Part shown: in pieces, positions 10,473 through 20,006 of the stretch
How positions within the stretch are numbered: position 1 is the first letter of the stretch
How the letters are laid out: the number at the start of each line of letters is the position of its first letter
From: an uncultured Actinomycetes bacterium
GTDB lineage: Bacteria; Actinomycetota; Acidimicrobiia; Acidimicrobiales; CADCSY01
Length of the DNA: 64,000 bases
Assembly (NCBI GenBank): GCA_963839545.1
Contig: CAWIVE010000005.1
Location: 257,983-321,982 of the forward strand
Direction of reading: 5' to 3'
Notes under the pieces: model-generated
The model's input: only the letters and a program-made list of their open reading frames with translations
Told to the model about the DNA's origin: nothing
The model's database searches: none
Translations under genes and position numbers: made by a program

Positions 10473-10514
10473 TCCGGAGGATCCGCTACCGCTGCGGTCG
10501 TCGATCCTCCGAGA
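10473..10514. repeat. palindromic repeat family 2, copy 1 (9-bp stem cggaggatc/gatcctccg, about 20-nt loop) between convergent permease and apbC
   Basis: Inverted repeat seen directly. Reverse complement matches 32975..33018 with few mismatches over about 44 nt. Confidence 0.5.
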
Positions 10515-11699
10515 TCAGGGGCGTGCTGCGGCGTCCGTCGGGCCGAGCGCGGCCTCGACCCGCTCGAGGATGCGGGCGCTGCAGCCGGCCATCAGCTCGG
10601 CCGGCGGCGCCGCGTCGACGAGACGGCGGGCCAGGTCCCGGAAGGCCTCGGCCGCGGGGCCGGTCCCGAGGGCGACGGGCGTGCCGGCGTCGCCACCGGC
10701 GGCCACGGAGGGCTCGAGGGGGATGGTCGCCAGCAGCGGTGCGCCGATCTCCTCGGCCAGGGCGGCGCCCCCGCCCTCGCCGAACAGCGAGTACGTGGTG
10801 CCGTGGTCGCAGGTGAACGACGACATGTTCTCCACCACGCCGGCCACCCGCAGGTAGGTCTTGCGGGCCATGTCGGCGGCGCGGGCGGCCACCTGCTGCG
10901 CCGCCCGGGCCGGCGTGGTGACGATGAGCACCTCGGCCCGGGGGAGCATGCGGGCCAGGCCCATGCCGACGTCGCCGGTGCCCGGGGGCATGTCGACGAG
11001 CAGGTCGTCGAGCTCGCCCCAGCGCACGTCCTCCAGGAAGTGCTGGAGCGCCCGGTTCTGCATGAGGCCCCGCCACATGAGGGCGGCGTCCTCCCGCTCG
11101 GCCAGGAGGCCCATGGAGACCACCTCGAGCCGACCGGCGCCGACGGCCTTGGCGTGGGGGACGATCTTGCGCTCGCCGGGGGCCCCGGCGAGGCGTCCAT
11201 CGAGGCCGAGCATGCGGGGCACGGAGAAGCCGCCGATGTCGGCGTCGAGCACGCCGACAGCCCGGCCCTCGGCGGCGAGGGCGGCGGCCAGGTTGACCGT
11301 CACGGACGACTTGCCCACGCCCCCCTTGCCGGAGGAGATGGCGAGCACCCGGGTGTCGAGCGGCACCGCCGTGGGAGGCGCCGTCTCGGCCGCGTGCCAG
11401 CGGGCCCGGCCCATGGCGTGGGCCTTCTGCTCGGCGTCCATCTCGGTCCAGTCGATGCGGACGTCCCGCACGCCAGGGGCGGAGCCGACCCGCGCCTTCA
11501 CGTCGGACTGGAGCTGGGCCCGCAGCGGGCACCCCGCCGTCGTCAGGGCCAGGGTCACGGTCACCGTGCCGTCGGCGTCCACCCGGGCGGCCCGGGCCAT
11601 GCCGAGGTCGACGACGTCGGCCCCGAGCTCGGGATCGATCACCCCCCGCAGGAGGTCCAGCACCTCTGCCTCGGTGGGCAGGGTGGCGGTGGCGGGCAC
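10515..11699 (-). CDS. apbC: Fe-S cluster carrier ATPase Mrp/ApbC (NBP35 family) with N-terminal DUF59/MIP18 domain
   Basis: ORF track. GTG start with GAGGG upstream. P-loop SGKGGVGKSSVTVNLA; CxxC-like FTCDHG motif. Confidence 0.85.
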   Translation of the reverse strand: MPATATLPTEAEVLDLLRGVIDPELGADVVDLGMARAARVDADGTVTVTLALTTAGCPLRAQLQSDVKARVGSAPGVRDVRIDWTEMDAEQKAHAMGRARWHAAETAPPTAVPLDTRVLAISSGKGGVGKSSVTVNLAAALAAEGRAVGVLDADIGGFSVPRMLGLDGRLAGAPGERKIVPHAKAVGAGRLEVVSMGLLAEREDAALMWRGLMQNRALQHFLEDVRWGELDDLLVDMPPGTGDVGMGLARMLPRAEVLIVTTPARAAQQVAARAADMARKTYLRVAGVVENMSSFTCDHGTTYSLFGEGGGAALAEEIGAPLLATIPLEPSVAAGGDAGTPVALGTGPAAEAFRDLARRLVDAAPPAELMAGCSARILERVEAALGPTDAAARP

Positions 11700-11738
11700 C
11701 CCTCGATTCTACTGATGGAGCCCGTGTAAACTCCACAG

Positions 11739-12449
11739 GTGCCCGATCGTCGGCTCGCGGTGCTGAAGGCCCTCGGCGACAACACCCGCTACGCCATCTA
11801 CCTGGAGCTGGCCCGCTCGTCGGTGCCGCTCACCACCGCCGACGTGGCGGAGAGCCTCGATCTCCACCCCAACACCGTCCGCCCGCACCTCGAGCGCATG
11901 CGGGACGTCGGTCTGCTGACCGTCGCGGCGCCGAGCCGAGGGGCGGTGGGGCGGCCGCAGCACCGCTACTCGCTCGCGCCGGACGCCCCGTCGCTCGGGC
12001 TCGAGCCGCCGGCGATGCCGCTGCTGGCGGGGATGTTGACCGGCCTGGCCGCCGCCACCGGCGCCGGGTCCGAGGAGGCCGCCGAGATCGGGCGCCAGCA
12101 GGGCGCGGTGGCCGCCGCCACGGTGGACACCAGCGCCGACGAGACCCCCGAGGACCGGACCGTCACCTGCGTGACCGCCCTGCTGGCCGAGCTCGACCGG
12201 CTCGGCTTCGACCCGGCGGCGGCCAGCGACGATGCCGGCACGACCGTGGCGTTCAGCCACTGCCCCTTCGCGGCGCTGGCCGAGATCCACCCCGAGATCG
12301 TCTGCCACCTCCACCGGGGCATCGTGGAGGGCCTGGTCGACGGCGTGGGCGGGGCCCGGGTGGCCCGCTTCGGGACGCTGGTCGACCGCCGCCCCTGCTC
12401 GGTCGACCTCGCCGACGAGGACGCCCAGGCGGTACCCTCGGGGTCGTGA
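11739..12449 (+). CDS. helix-turn-helix transcriptional regulator (ArsR-like winged HTH N-terminus)
   Basis: ORF track. GTG start. LKALGDNTRYAIYLEL HTH signature. Divergent from apbC with 39-nt lower-GC spacer. Confidence 0.55.
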   Translation: MPDRRLAVLKALGDNTRYAIYLELARSSVPLTTADVAESLDLHPNTVRPHLERMRDVGLLTVAAPSRGAVGRPQHRYSLAPDAPSLGLEPPAMPLLAGMLTGLAAATGAGSEEAAEIGRQQGAVAAATVDTSADETPEDRTVTCVTALLAELDRLGFDPAAASDDAGTTVAFSHCPFAALAEIHPEIVCHLHRGIVEGLVDGVGGARVARFGTLVDRRPCSVDLADEDAQAVPSGS

Positions 12450-12766
12450 TCACGCTCACTCCCACCGCGGCGACGAAGGTGAAGACGCTGCTGGAGGCCG
12501 AGGGCGAGCCGGGTCTGGCCCTCCGTGTGGCCGTGCGCCCCGGCGGCTGCTCGGGCTTCAGCTACGAGATGTTCTTCGACAGCGACGTGGCCACCGAGGA
12601 CCAGCTGGCCGACTTCGACGGCGTGCGGGTCGTGGTCGACCCGTCCAGCGCCTCGCTGCTGACCGGCGCCACGCTGGACTACAAGGACGGCCTGCAGCAG
12701 GCGGGGTTCGCCATCGACAACCCCAACGCCCAGCGCACCTGCGGCTGCGGCCAGTCCTTCTCCTGA
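12446..12766 (+). CDS. erpA: HesB/IscA family Fe-S cluster insertion protein
   Basis: ORF track. GTGA overlap with upstream stop. C-terminal CGCGQSFS motif typical of IscA/ErpA. Confidence 0.8.
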   Translation: MITLTPTAATKVKTLLEAEGEPGLALRVAVRPGGCSGFSYEMFFDSDVATEDQLADFDGVRVVVDPSSASLLTGATLDYKDGLQQAGFAIDNPNAQRTCGCGQSFS

Positions 12767-13113
12767 CCAAGTCCGTCGGCCCCTACACGCCGGTCGTCCG
12801 GGCCGGCGACTGGTTGGTGGTGTCGGGCCAGGTCGGCGTCCGGGACGGCCGCCTGGTGCCCGAGGGCACGGCCGGTCAGCTGCGCCAGGCCCTCGCCAAC
12901 CTGTCGGACCTGCTGGAGGCCGAGGGCGCCTCGCTGGCCGACGTGGTCAAGACGACCGTGTTCCTCCTCCACATGCGGGACTACGCCGACATGAACGAGG
13001 CCTACGTGGCCGCCTTCGGCGACGCCCGCCCGGCCCGCTCGTGCGTCGCCGTCGTCGAGCTGCCCGTGGGGGCGCTCGTCGAGGTGGAGGCGTGGGCGTA
13101 CGTCGGGGCATAG
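12763..13113 (+). CDS. ridA: RidA/YjgF family reactive-intermediate deaminase
   Basis: C-terminal 114 aa of track ORF 12232..13113 show RidA motifs (SVGPYTPVV...VVSGQ...; VKTTVFL). No ATG/GTG/TTG near. In-frame CTG at 12763 overlaps erpA TGA (CTGA). Start uncertain. Confidence 0.6.
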   Translation: MTKSVGPYTPVVRAGDWLVVSGQVGVRDGRLVPEGTAGQLRQALANLSDLLEAEGASLADVVKTTVFLLHMRDYADMNEAYVAAFGDARPARSCVAVVELPVGALVEVEAWAYVGA

Positions 13114-13120
13114 TGACGCC

Positions 13121-13279
13121 GTGATCGGGGCCATCGCCATCGCCGTCGTGATCGTGATCGCCATCCCCGTCGGCGTCTTCCTGGCCGGCGCCGTCATGGC
13201 CGCCGTCCTCGGCACCACGCTCAAGCAGGACGGCGAGGCCCGCAACGAGGGCAGCGAGCTCCTCGACCTCAACACCTGA
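13121..13279 (+). CDS. candidate small single-pass membrane protein (52 aa)
   Basis: GTG 7 nt after ridA stop. 53 codons counted: MIGAIAIAVVIVIAIPVGVFLAGAVMAAVLGTTLKQDGEARNEGSELLDLNT. Below ORF-track length cutoff. Confidence 0.35.
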   Translation: MIGAIAIAVVIVIAIPVGVFLAGAVMAAVLGTTLKQDGEARNEGSELLDLNT

Positions 13280-13280
13280 G

Positions 13281-13335
13281 CCGTTCTGGCCTGCAGAACG
13301 TGGCGGATTCCGCCCCGTTCTGCAGGCGAGAACGG
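13281..13335. terminator. three consecutive hairpins between convergent small ORF and glnR (bidirectional terminator candidate)
   Basis: ccgttctg-gcctg-cagaacg; ggcgg-att-ccgcc; ccgttct-gcaggcg-agaacgg. The ccgttctg motif occurs twice. Confidence 0.45.
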
Positions 13336-13339
13336 GTCC

Positions 13340-14025
13340 TCAGAACCCCCAGCGGGCTTCGCCGAAGCGGTAGCCGACGGAGCGGACGGTCGAGATCATC
13401 CCGGCGTGCTCCTCGCCGAGCTTGGCCCGCAGGCGACGGATGTGGACGTCGACCGTGCGGGCGCCGCCGTAGTACTCGTAGCCCCAGACCCGGCTGAGCA
13501 GCGTCTCCCGGGTGAAGACCTTGCCCGGGTGGGCTGGACAGGAACTTCAGGAGCTCGTACTCCATGTAGGTGAGGTCGAGGGGCCGGCCCGCGCAGGCGG
13601 CCTGGTACGTCTCCAGGTTCAGGAGCAGCGGCCCGTACTCGATCAGCTCGGGCCGGGTGCCCCGGCCGGTGCGCCAGAACAGGTGCTTCAGCCGGGCCTC
13701 GAGCTCGGCGGCCCGCAGCGGTGCGATGCAGAAGTCGTCGAACAGGTCGTCGCGCAGCTCGAGGTCGCCGAGGCTGGCGGCCGGCTGACGAGCGAGCAGC
13801 AGCGGCTCGAGGGGCAGGTCCCGCTTGCGCAGCGCCCGGCACAGGGCGAAGGCGGCCTCGGGATCGTCGTCGGCGCACACGACGGCGCCCGCCCAGCCGT
13901 CCTCCGGCTCGAAGCGCTCGGCCACCGACGCCGTGTCCACGCGCCTTCCACGGGTAGCCCCCGAGGTCGAGCGCCTGCGCCAGGGCGGGCGGCGGCGGAT
14001 CGGGGAAGAGGAGGAGGGGCTCCAT
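13340..14025 (-). pseudogene. glnR: GlnR-like OmpR-family orphan response regulator, disrupted by at least 2 frameshifts (or consensus errors)
   Basis: N-term MEPLLLFPD... in track frame 13396..14025, middle in frame 13269..13940, C-terminal wHTH ([35 protein letters not shown]...) in a third frame ending at stop 13340. One shift is an extra base in agcccacccggg. Confidence 0.6.
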
Positions 14026-14040
14026 CGCTGCGCCAGCTTC

Positions 14041-15391
14041 CTACAGGAACGGGAGGTAGCGGTCGAGCTCGAACTGGGTCACCTGCGTCTTGTAGTCGAG
14101 CCCACTCCGCCCGCTTGTTGCGGATGAACCACTCGAAGACGTGCTCGCCGAGCGACGTCGGCCACCAGCTCGGAGCGCTCCATCTCGGCCAGGGCGTCGC
14201 TGAGGCTGCCGGGCAGCGGGCCGGATGCCCTCGGCCAGCAGCTCCTCGGGGGTCAGGTCGTAGAGGTTGGCCGCGGCTCGGGCGGGGGCAGCTCGTAGCC
14301 CTCCTCGATGCCCTTGAGCCCGGCGGCGAGCACGAGGGCGAAGGCGAGGTAGGGGTTGCAGGCGGGGTCGGGCGCCCGGTACTCGATGCGGGTCGACTCG
14401 CTCTTGTTGCGCTTGGCGTGCGGGCACGTTGACGACGGCCGAGCGGTTGTTGCGGGCCCACGCCACGTACACCGGCGCCTCGTAGCCGACCACCAGCCGC
14501 TTGTAGGAGTTGACCCACTGGTTGGTGACGGCGGTGATCTCCGGCGCGTGGCGCGAGCAGGCCGGCGATGAAGCCCTTCGCCACCTTGCGACAGGCCGTG
14601 CTCGTCGCCCGGGTCGTGGAAGGCGTTGGCGTCGCCCTCGAACAGCGAGAAGTGGGTGTGCATGCCCGACCCCTGCACGCCGGCGATGGGCTTGGGCATG
14701 AAGGTGGCGTAGGCACCCCGGGCGGCTGGGCGATCTCCTTGGCCATCAGCCGCACCGTCATGACGTGTCGGCCATGGTGAGGGCGTCGGTGTAGCGCAGG
14801 TCGATCTCGTGCTGGCTGGGGCGTCCTCGTGCTGGCTGTACTCGACGGGGATGCCCATGTCCTCCAGCGTGAGGACCGTGCTCCTTGCGCAGGTCGGTCG
14901 GGCAGGTCGTTGACCGTGAGCTCGAAGTACGAGCCCCGGTCGAGGGGGACCGGCGGGGCCGACGGGTCGGACGCCGGCGAAGTAGAAGTACTCGACCTCG
15001 GGGGCGGCGTAGAAGCGAGAAGCCCCGCTCCCGGGCCCGCTCGAGGGCCCGCTCGCAGGACGTTGCGGGGGTCGCCCTCGAACGGGGTGCCGTCGAGGTT
15101 GACGACGTCGCAGAACACCCGGGCCATCGGCGCCCCGCCGTCCTTGGCCGGGAGGATCTGGAAGGTCTTCGGCGTCGGGGCGGGCGAGCACGTCGCTCTC
15201 CTGCACCCGGCTGAACCCGTCGATGGCCGAGCCGTCGAAGGTCATGCCCTCCTCGAGGGCGTTCTCCAGCTCTGGCCGGCGTGATGTTGAACGACTTCGG
15301 GATGCCCGAGCACGTCGGTGAACCAGAGCTGGATGAAGCGCACCCGACGCTCCTCCACCGTCCGCAGCACGTAGTCCGCTTGGCGTTCCAT
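14041..15391 (-). pseudogene. glnA2: glutamine synthetase GlnA2-like (GSI-alpha), at least 8 frame changes
   Basis: GS motifs on minus strand across three frames: [29 protein letters not shown] / MTFDGSAIDGF / RVFCDVVNLDGTPFEGDPR / LEDMGIPVEYSQHE / ATFMPKP...[11 protein letters not shown] / [18 protein letters not shown] / [14 protein letters not shown] / NLYDLTPEE / [15 protein letters not shown] / [11 protein letters not shown]. Confidence 0.65.
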
Positions 15392-15565
15392 GTGCCCCGT
15401 CATTCTCGCGCCCCCGGAGCCGGCTCCCGAGCGGGAGCCGGGCCAGTTCACGAGCCGTTCATGTTCGGGATACGGATGGGAAACGGCCTGCCTGGCAGGC
15501 TCCTCGTGTCCCGGTCGGTGCGGCCCCCCGTCGCGCCGACGAGTCCGAGCACCAGAGGAGCTGCC

Positions 15566-16994
15566 GTGCAGGAACGCACCCCCGCCGAGGTCCTCGGCCC
15601 TGGCCCAGGAGAGGGCGTCGAGATCGTCGACTTCCGCTTCTGCGACCTGCCGGGTCTCATGCAGCACTTCTCGGTCCCGGTGCACCAGCTCGAGCGAGGA
15701 CGCCTTCGACGAGGGCTACGGCTTCGACGGCTCGTCCATCCGGGGGTTCCAGGAGATCCAGGAGTCGGACATGATCCTCATGCCCGACCCCAACACGGCG
15801 GTCATCGACCCGTTCCGCCAGCACCCCACGCTGAACATCAACTGCTTCGTGCGGGACCCGGTCACCGGCGAGCCCTACTCCCGTGACCCGCGGTACGTGG
15901 CCAAGAAGGCCGAGGACTACCTCGCCTCCACCGGCATCGCCGACACCGCCTACTTCGGGCCCGAGGCCGAGTTCTTCATCTTCGACGACGTCCGCTTCAG
16001 CCAGGACCAGCGGTCGGCCTTCTACCAGGTCGACTCGATCGAGGGCATCGTGGAACACGGCCCGGGACGAGGGCCCGAACCTGGGCTTCAAGCCCCGGTA
16101 CAAGGAGGGCTACTTCCCGGTCCCGCCCATGGACCACTTCCAGGACCTGCGCTCGGAGATGACCGTGTTGCTGGAGCAGGTGGGCATCGAGATCGAGGTC
16201 CAGCACCACGAGGTGGGCACCGCCGGCCAGGCCGAGATCGACATGCGCTTCGACTCGCTGCTGGCGCATGGCCGACAAGCTGATGCTCTACAAGTACGTG
16301 GTGAAGAGCGTGGCCCGCCAGGCCGGGCACACGGCCACGTTCATGCCGAAGCCGATCTTCCAGGACAACGGCTCGGGCATGCACGTGCACCAGTCGCTGT
16401 GGCGGGGCGGCGATCCGCTGTTCTTCTCGGAGACCGGCTACGCCGGGCTCAGCGACATGGCCCGCTGGTACATCGGCGGCCTGCTGACCCACGCCAAGGC
16501 CGTCCTCGCCTTCGCCGCCCCGACGACGAACTCGTACAAGCGGCTGGTGCCGGGCTACGAGGCCCCGGTCAACCTCGTGTACAGCCAGCGCAACCGCTCG
16601 GCGGCGGTGCCGCATCCCGCTCTACTCGAAGAGCCCGAAGGCGAAGCGGCTCGAGTTCCGCTGCCCCGATCCCAGCTGCAACCCGTACCTGGCCTTCTCG
16701 GCGATGCTCATGGCCGGTCTCGACGGCATCCAGAACCGCATCGAGCCGCCCACGCCGGTGGACAAGGACCTGTACGACCTCCCGCCGGAGGAGCTGGCCC
16801 TCGTGCCCCAGGTGCCGGGCTCGCTGGACGAGGCGCTCGACGCCCTCGAGGCGGACCAGGCGTTCCTCATGAAGGGCGGCGTGTTCACGCCGGACCTGAT
16901 CGACACCCACATCGCCTACAAGCGGGAGCACGAGCTCGACGCGGTGCGGCTCCGGCCTCACCCGTGGGAGTTCATGCTCTACTACGACATCTAG
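15566..16994 (+). pseudogene. glnA: glutamine synthetase type I-beta (GlnA1-like), 4 single-base +1 frameshifts
   Basis: GTG at 15566 with AGAGGAG upstream. Protein pieces in five successive frames (track ORFs 15281, 15390, 15883, 16268, 16704). Motifs [107 protein letters not shown]. Confidence 0.7.
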
Positions 16995-17002
16995 ACCGAA
17001 CG

Positions 17003-17038
17003 GGGCTCCTGACCTGCGGAGGCGTGGGTCAGGAGCCC
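17003..17038. terminator. perfect 12-bp stem hairpin (gggctcctgacc / ggtcaggagccc, 12-nt loop) between convergent glnA and sulfatase
   Basis: Inverted repeat read directly, 9 nt after glnA TAG. Confidence 0.6.
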
Positions 17039-17074
17039 GTGTTGTCCCGCCGAGGTGTCCGCGTCGCCTCTGGC

Positions 17075-19417
17075 CTACTCGCGGGCCATCATGGCGGCCG
17101 CTTCCCGTTCGAGGTCGACGAACGGCTCGCCGGACACGTCGACGATCGCCTGGCGGATCGTGCCACCGGTGAACGCGTGGGGACGGGCACCGGCGTAGTC
17201 GTCGGTGACCGGCTCGCCGGGATCCTTGCCCACGTTCAGCCCCTCGCCGACGAGCGAGAAGTTCCCGGGTTGCGTGCGGATGCGGCCCTCACCGACCTTG
17301 GCGTCGTTGATGTACAGCGTCAGCGGGCCGTTCGTCGGCATGCCGTCCCCCTCGCGCTCGAACGCCGCCGAGAGGACCACGGCGCCGGTGGGGACGTCGG
17401 TGGTGGACTCGATGACCTGCTCCTCGAGGCCGACGAAGCTGTACACGTACTTGAGCCTGCGGTCCTTCACGTAGAGCGCATGGCCGCCGAAGCGGGCACC
17501 GTGCGAGAACAGCACACCCTCGGCGTCCTCGCTGTCGATGTCGACTTCGACGGCGACCGTGTAGCTGCGGTTGCGGATGTTGACCGACGCCGACTCGGGG
17601 ACCTCTGCGGCGCCGGGGAAGTACGTGTAGCGGTTCCTCGGCGGCGCCACCTGCGGGCGAGTCGGATCGGAGAGGACCTCCAGGGGCGTCAGGTCCACCA
17701 GCGGTAGGCCGTTGTACATCCCCGCGAGGTGGAACCAGTGGTTGACCAGGTCCCGGACCTTCTCCGGCTCCTCGGCGGCCAGGTCGTTGGTCTCGGTCGG
17801 ATCCTCCTCGGTGTTGTAGAGCTCCCAGCGGTCACGTTCGTAGTTGCCCCACCCGGCGATGGTCGGGTGCACGCTGACCGCCTTCCAGCCCTTGTGCCAC
17901 ACCGCCCGGGAGCCGAGCATCGAGAAGAACCCGGATTCCTTCGGGGTCGGCACGTCGTCGCTCTCGAAGGTCGACCGGAAGGACACACCCTCGAGGGGGA
18001 CCTGTGGGAACCCCTTCACCACGTCCGGTAGGTCGATCCCGACGAGGTCGTACACCGTGGGCACGACGTCGGTGGCGTGCAGGAACTGGTGACGGAGCTC
18101 GCCGCGCGCCTCCATCCCTCTCGGCCACGAGATCACCATCGGATCGGCCACGCCGCCCTCGAAGTTGTAGCGCTTCCACATCTTGAACGGCGTGTTGAAC
18201 GCCCACGCCCATCCGACGGGGTAGTGGTTGTAGGTGGCCGGCGAGCCGAGCTGGTCGATGGCGGCCAGGTTCTGCCGGATGTCGTCCGGGATGCCGTTGA
18301 AGAACAGTGACTCGTTGACCGAGCCGTTGGGTCCGCCCTCACCGCTCGCCCCGTTGTCCGACACGAGCACCACGATGGTGTTCTCCAGCTCGCCCGAGGC
18401 CTCCAGGAAGTCGAGCAGCCGTCCGATCTCGTGGTCGGTGTGGCTCAGGAACCCTGCGTAGACCTCGGCCATCCGGCAGAACAAGCGCCGCTCGTCGTCG
18501 GACAGCTCGTCCCACGGCCGGACGACGTCGAGCGGTGGCCACGGCTTGCCGTCCGTGCTCGTCTCACCGGCGTACGGGTTCAGGGGCGAGAGCTCGGCGG
18601 ACGACGGGAAGATCCCCAGCTCCTTCTGGCGGGCGAACACGACCTCCCGGTACGCCTCGTAGCCCATGTCGAAGCGTCCCTCGTACTTGTCGATCCACGA
18701 CGTGGGCGCGTGGTGCGGAGCGTGCGTGGCGCCGGGGCAGAAGTACATGAAGAACGGCTTGTCGGGGGTGATCACCTTGGCGTCCTTGATGAACTCGATC
18801 GCCTTGTCGGTGAGGTCGGTCGTCAGGTGGTACCCGTCCTCCGGCCAGCTCGGCTGTTCGACGGAGTGGTTGTCGTAGACGAGGTCCGGATACCACTGGT
18901 TCGTCTCGCCGCCCAGGAACCCGTAGTAGCGCTCGAAGCCCCGCCCGACCGGCCAGTTCCGCTTGGTCGACGCCATGTTCATCTCGTCGCTCGGACACAG
19001 GTGCCACTTGCCGAGCATGTACGTGTTCCACCCGCGATCGCCCAGGACCTCGGCGATCGTGGCGCACTCGAAGGGGATGTGGCCGTTCGAGTTGGGAAAG
19101 CCGGTCGTGGCCTCGGCGATGCACGCCATGCCGTTGGTGGTGTGGTTCCTCCCGGTGAGCAGCGACGAGCGGGTCGGCGAGCAGAGCGCGGTCGTGTGCC
19201 AGTTCGTGTAGGTCAGGCCGTTCGAGGCGAGACGGTGGATGTTCGGCGTCTCGATCAGGCCGCCCCACGGCTCCATCGCCGAGAACCCGACGTCGTCGAG
19301 GACGATGTACAGCACGTTCGGGGCGCCCTCGGGCGCCACCGGCTGCAGGAACGGTTCCCAGTCGGGCACCGAGTCCCGCGCGTCCACGTCGATCTTGCCC
19401 TTGAAACCAGCTGCCAT
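17075..19417 (-). CDS. arylsulfatase family protein (formylglycine-dependent sulfatase)
   Basis: Real start ATG at 19417 (aa 274 of track ORF 17075..20236) with GGAGG 5 nt upstream. Sulfatase signature [12 protein letters not shown] and GKWHLC. Confidence 0.8.
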   Translation of the reverse strand: MAAGFKGKIDVDARDSVPDWEPFLQPVAPEGAPNVLYIVLDDVGFSAMEPWGGLIETPNIHRLASNGLTYTNWHTTALCSPTRSSLLTGRNHTTNGMACIAEATTGFPNSNGHIPFECATIAEVLGDRGWNTYMLGKWHLCPSDEMNMASTKRNWPVGRGFERYYGFLGGETNQWYPDLVYDNHSVEQPSWPEDGYHLTTDLTDKAIEFIKDAKVITPDKPFFMYFCPGATHAPHHAPTSWIDKYEGRFDMGYEAYREVVFARQKELGIFPSSAELSPLNPYAGETSTDGKPWPPLDVVRPWDELSDDERRLFCRMAEVYAGFLSHTDHEIGRLLDFLEASGELENTIVVLVSDNGASGEGGPNGSVNESLFFNGIPDDIRQNLAAIDQLGSPATYNHYPVGWAWAFNTPFKMWKRYNFEGGVADPMVISWPRGMEARGELRHQFLHATDVVPTVYDLVGIDLPDVVKGFPQVPLEGVSFRSTFESDDVPTPKESGFFSMLGSRAVWHKGWKAVSVHPTIAGWGNYERDRWELYNTEEDPTETNDLAAEEPEKVRDLVNHWFHLAGMYNGLPLVDLTPLEVLSDPTRPQVAPPRNRYTYFPGAAEVPESASVNIRNRSYTVAVEVDIDSEDAEGVLFSHGARFGGHALYVKDRRLKYVYSFVGLEEQVIESTTDVPTGAVVLSAAFEREGDGMPTNGPLTLYINDAKVGEGRIRTQPGNFSLVGEGLNVGKDPGEPVTDDYAGARPHAFTGGTIRQAIVDVSGEPFVDLEREAAAMMARE

Positions 19418-19591
19418 GACCGCCTCCGCTGCCAACCCGGCCCCGAGGACACCACGGTCCCGTCCCACGGGAATCACCCCCACGGGGTGAACGACGAGCC
19501 GGAATCGGTCTCCCCGACCCGACACCGGGCGGTGGCGGCCGGGCTCCCGGTCGCCCCGCTGGTCTCGCCGGTGGCCGCTAGCGTCCGGGAC

Positions 19592-20005
19592 GTGGAGGAG
19601 CACGCTCGTCCGCGCATCACGCCGTACCTCTACTACCCGGACGCGACCGAGGCGGTCGCCTTCCTCATCGAGGCCTTCGGGTTCGACGAGGTGTCCGCGT
19701 TCCGTGATGACGAGGGAACCGTGTGGACCGCGACCCTGCGCTACCTCGATGGCATGGTCATGGTCGGGCCGGGCATCGACGGGTACGGCACCGGGCCCAT
19801 CCCACGTGGCGCCCTCGCGACGAGTCGGATGTTCGTGCGCGTGGACGATGTCGAGTCGCATCACGCGCAGGCCACGGCAGCCGGGGCAACCGTCGTGTCC
19901 GAGCTTGCTGAACACCCGGGCGGCCACCGGCAGTACATCGCCGCCGACTGTGGTGGACAGCAATGGATCTTCGCTCAGCCGATCGCCGAGCGGGTCTCGC
20001 CCTGA
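19592..20005 (+). CDS. VOC/glyoxalase-like (PhnB-like) family protein
   Basis: C-terminal 137 aa of track ORF 18431..20005 (ITPYLYYPDATEAVAFLIEAFGF...). GTG start chosen by arithmetic; start uncertain. Divergent from sulfatase. Confidence 0.45.
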   Translation: MEEHARPRITPYLYYPDATEAVAFLIEAFGFDEVSAFRDDEGTVWTATLRYLDGMVMVGPGIDGYGTGPIPRGALATSRMFVRVDDVESHHAQATAAGATVVSELAEHPGGHRQYIAADCGGQQWIFAQPIAERVSP

Positions 20006-20006
20006 T

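Noticed and set aside
12232-12762. 5' part of track ORF 12232..13113 (ATG at 12232)
   Set aside because: It would overlap all of erpA and the regulator 3' end. Only the last 114 aa are RidA-like.
13340-16994. Interpreting the gln frameshifts as programmed ribosomal frameshifting or as a defence-related diversity mechanism
   Set aside because: The shifts are single-base indels scattered at non-slippery sites. Similar indels occur in unrelated conserved genes: the sigma factor, the helicase, the monooxygenase (a compensating pair) and the SDR-like gene. Sequence error or recent decay is far more parsimonious.
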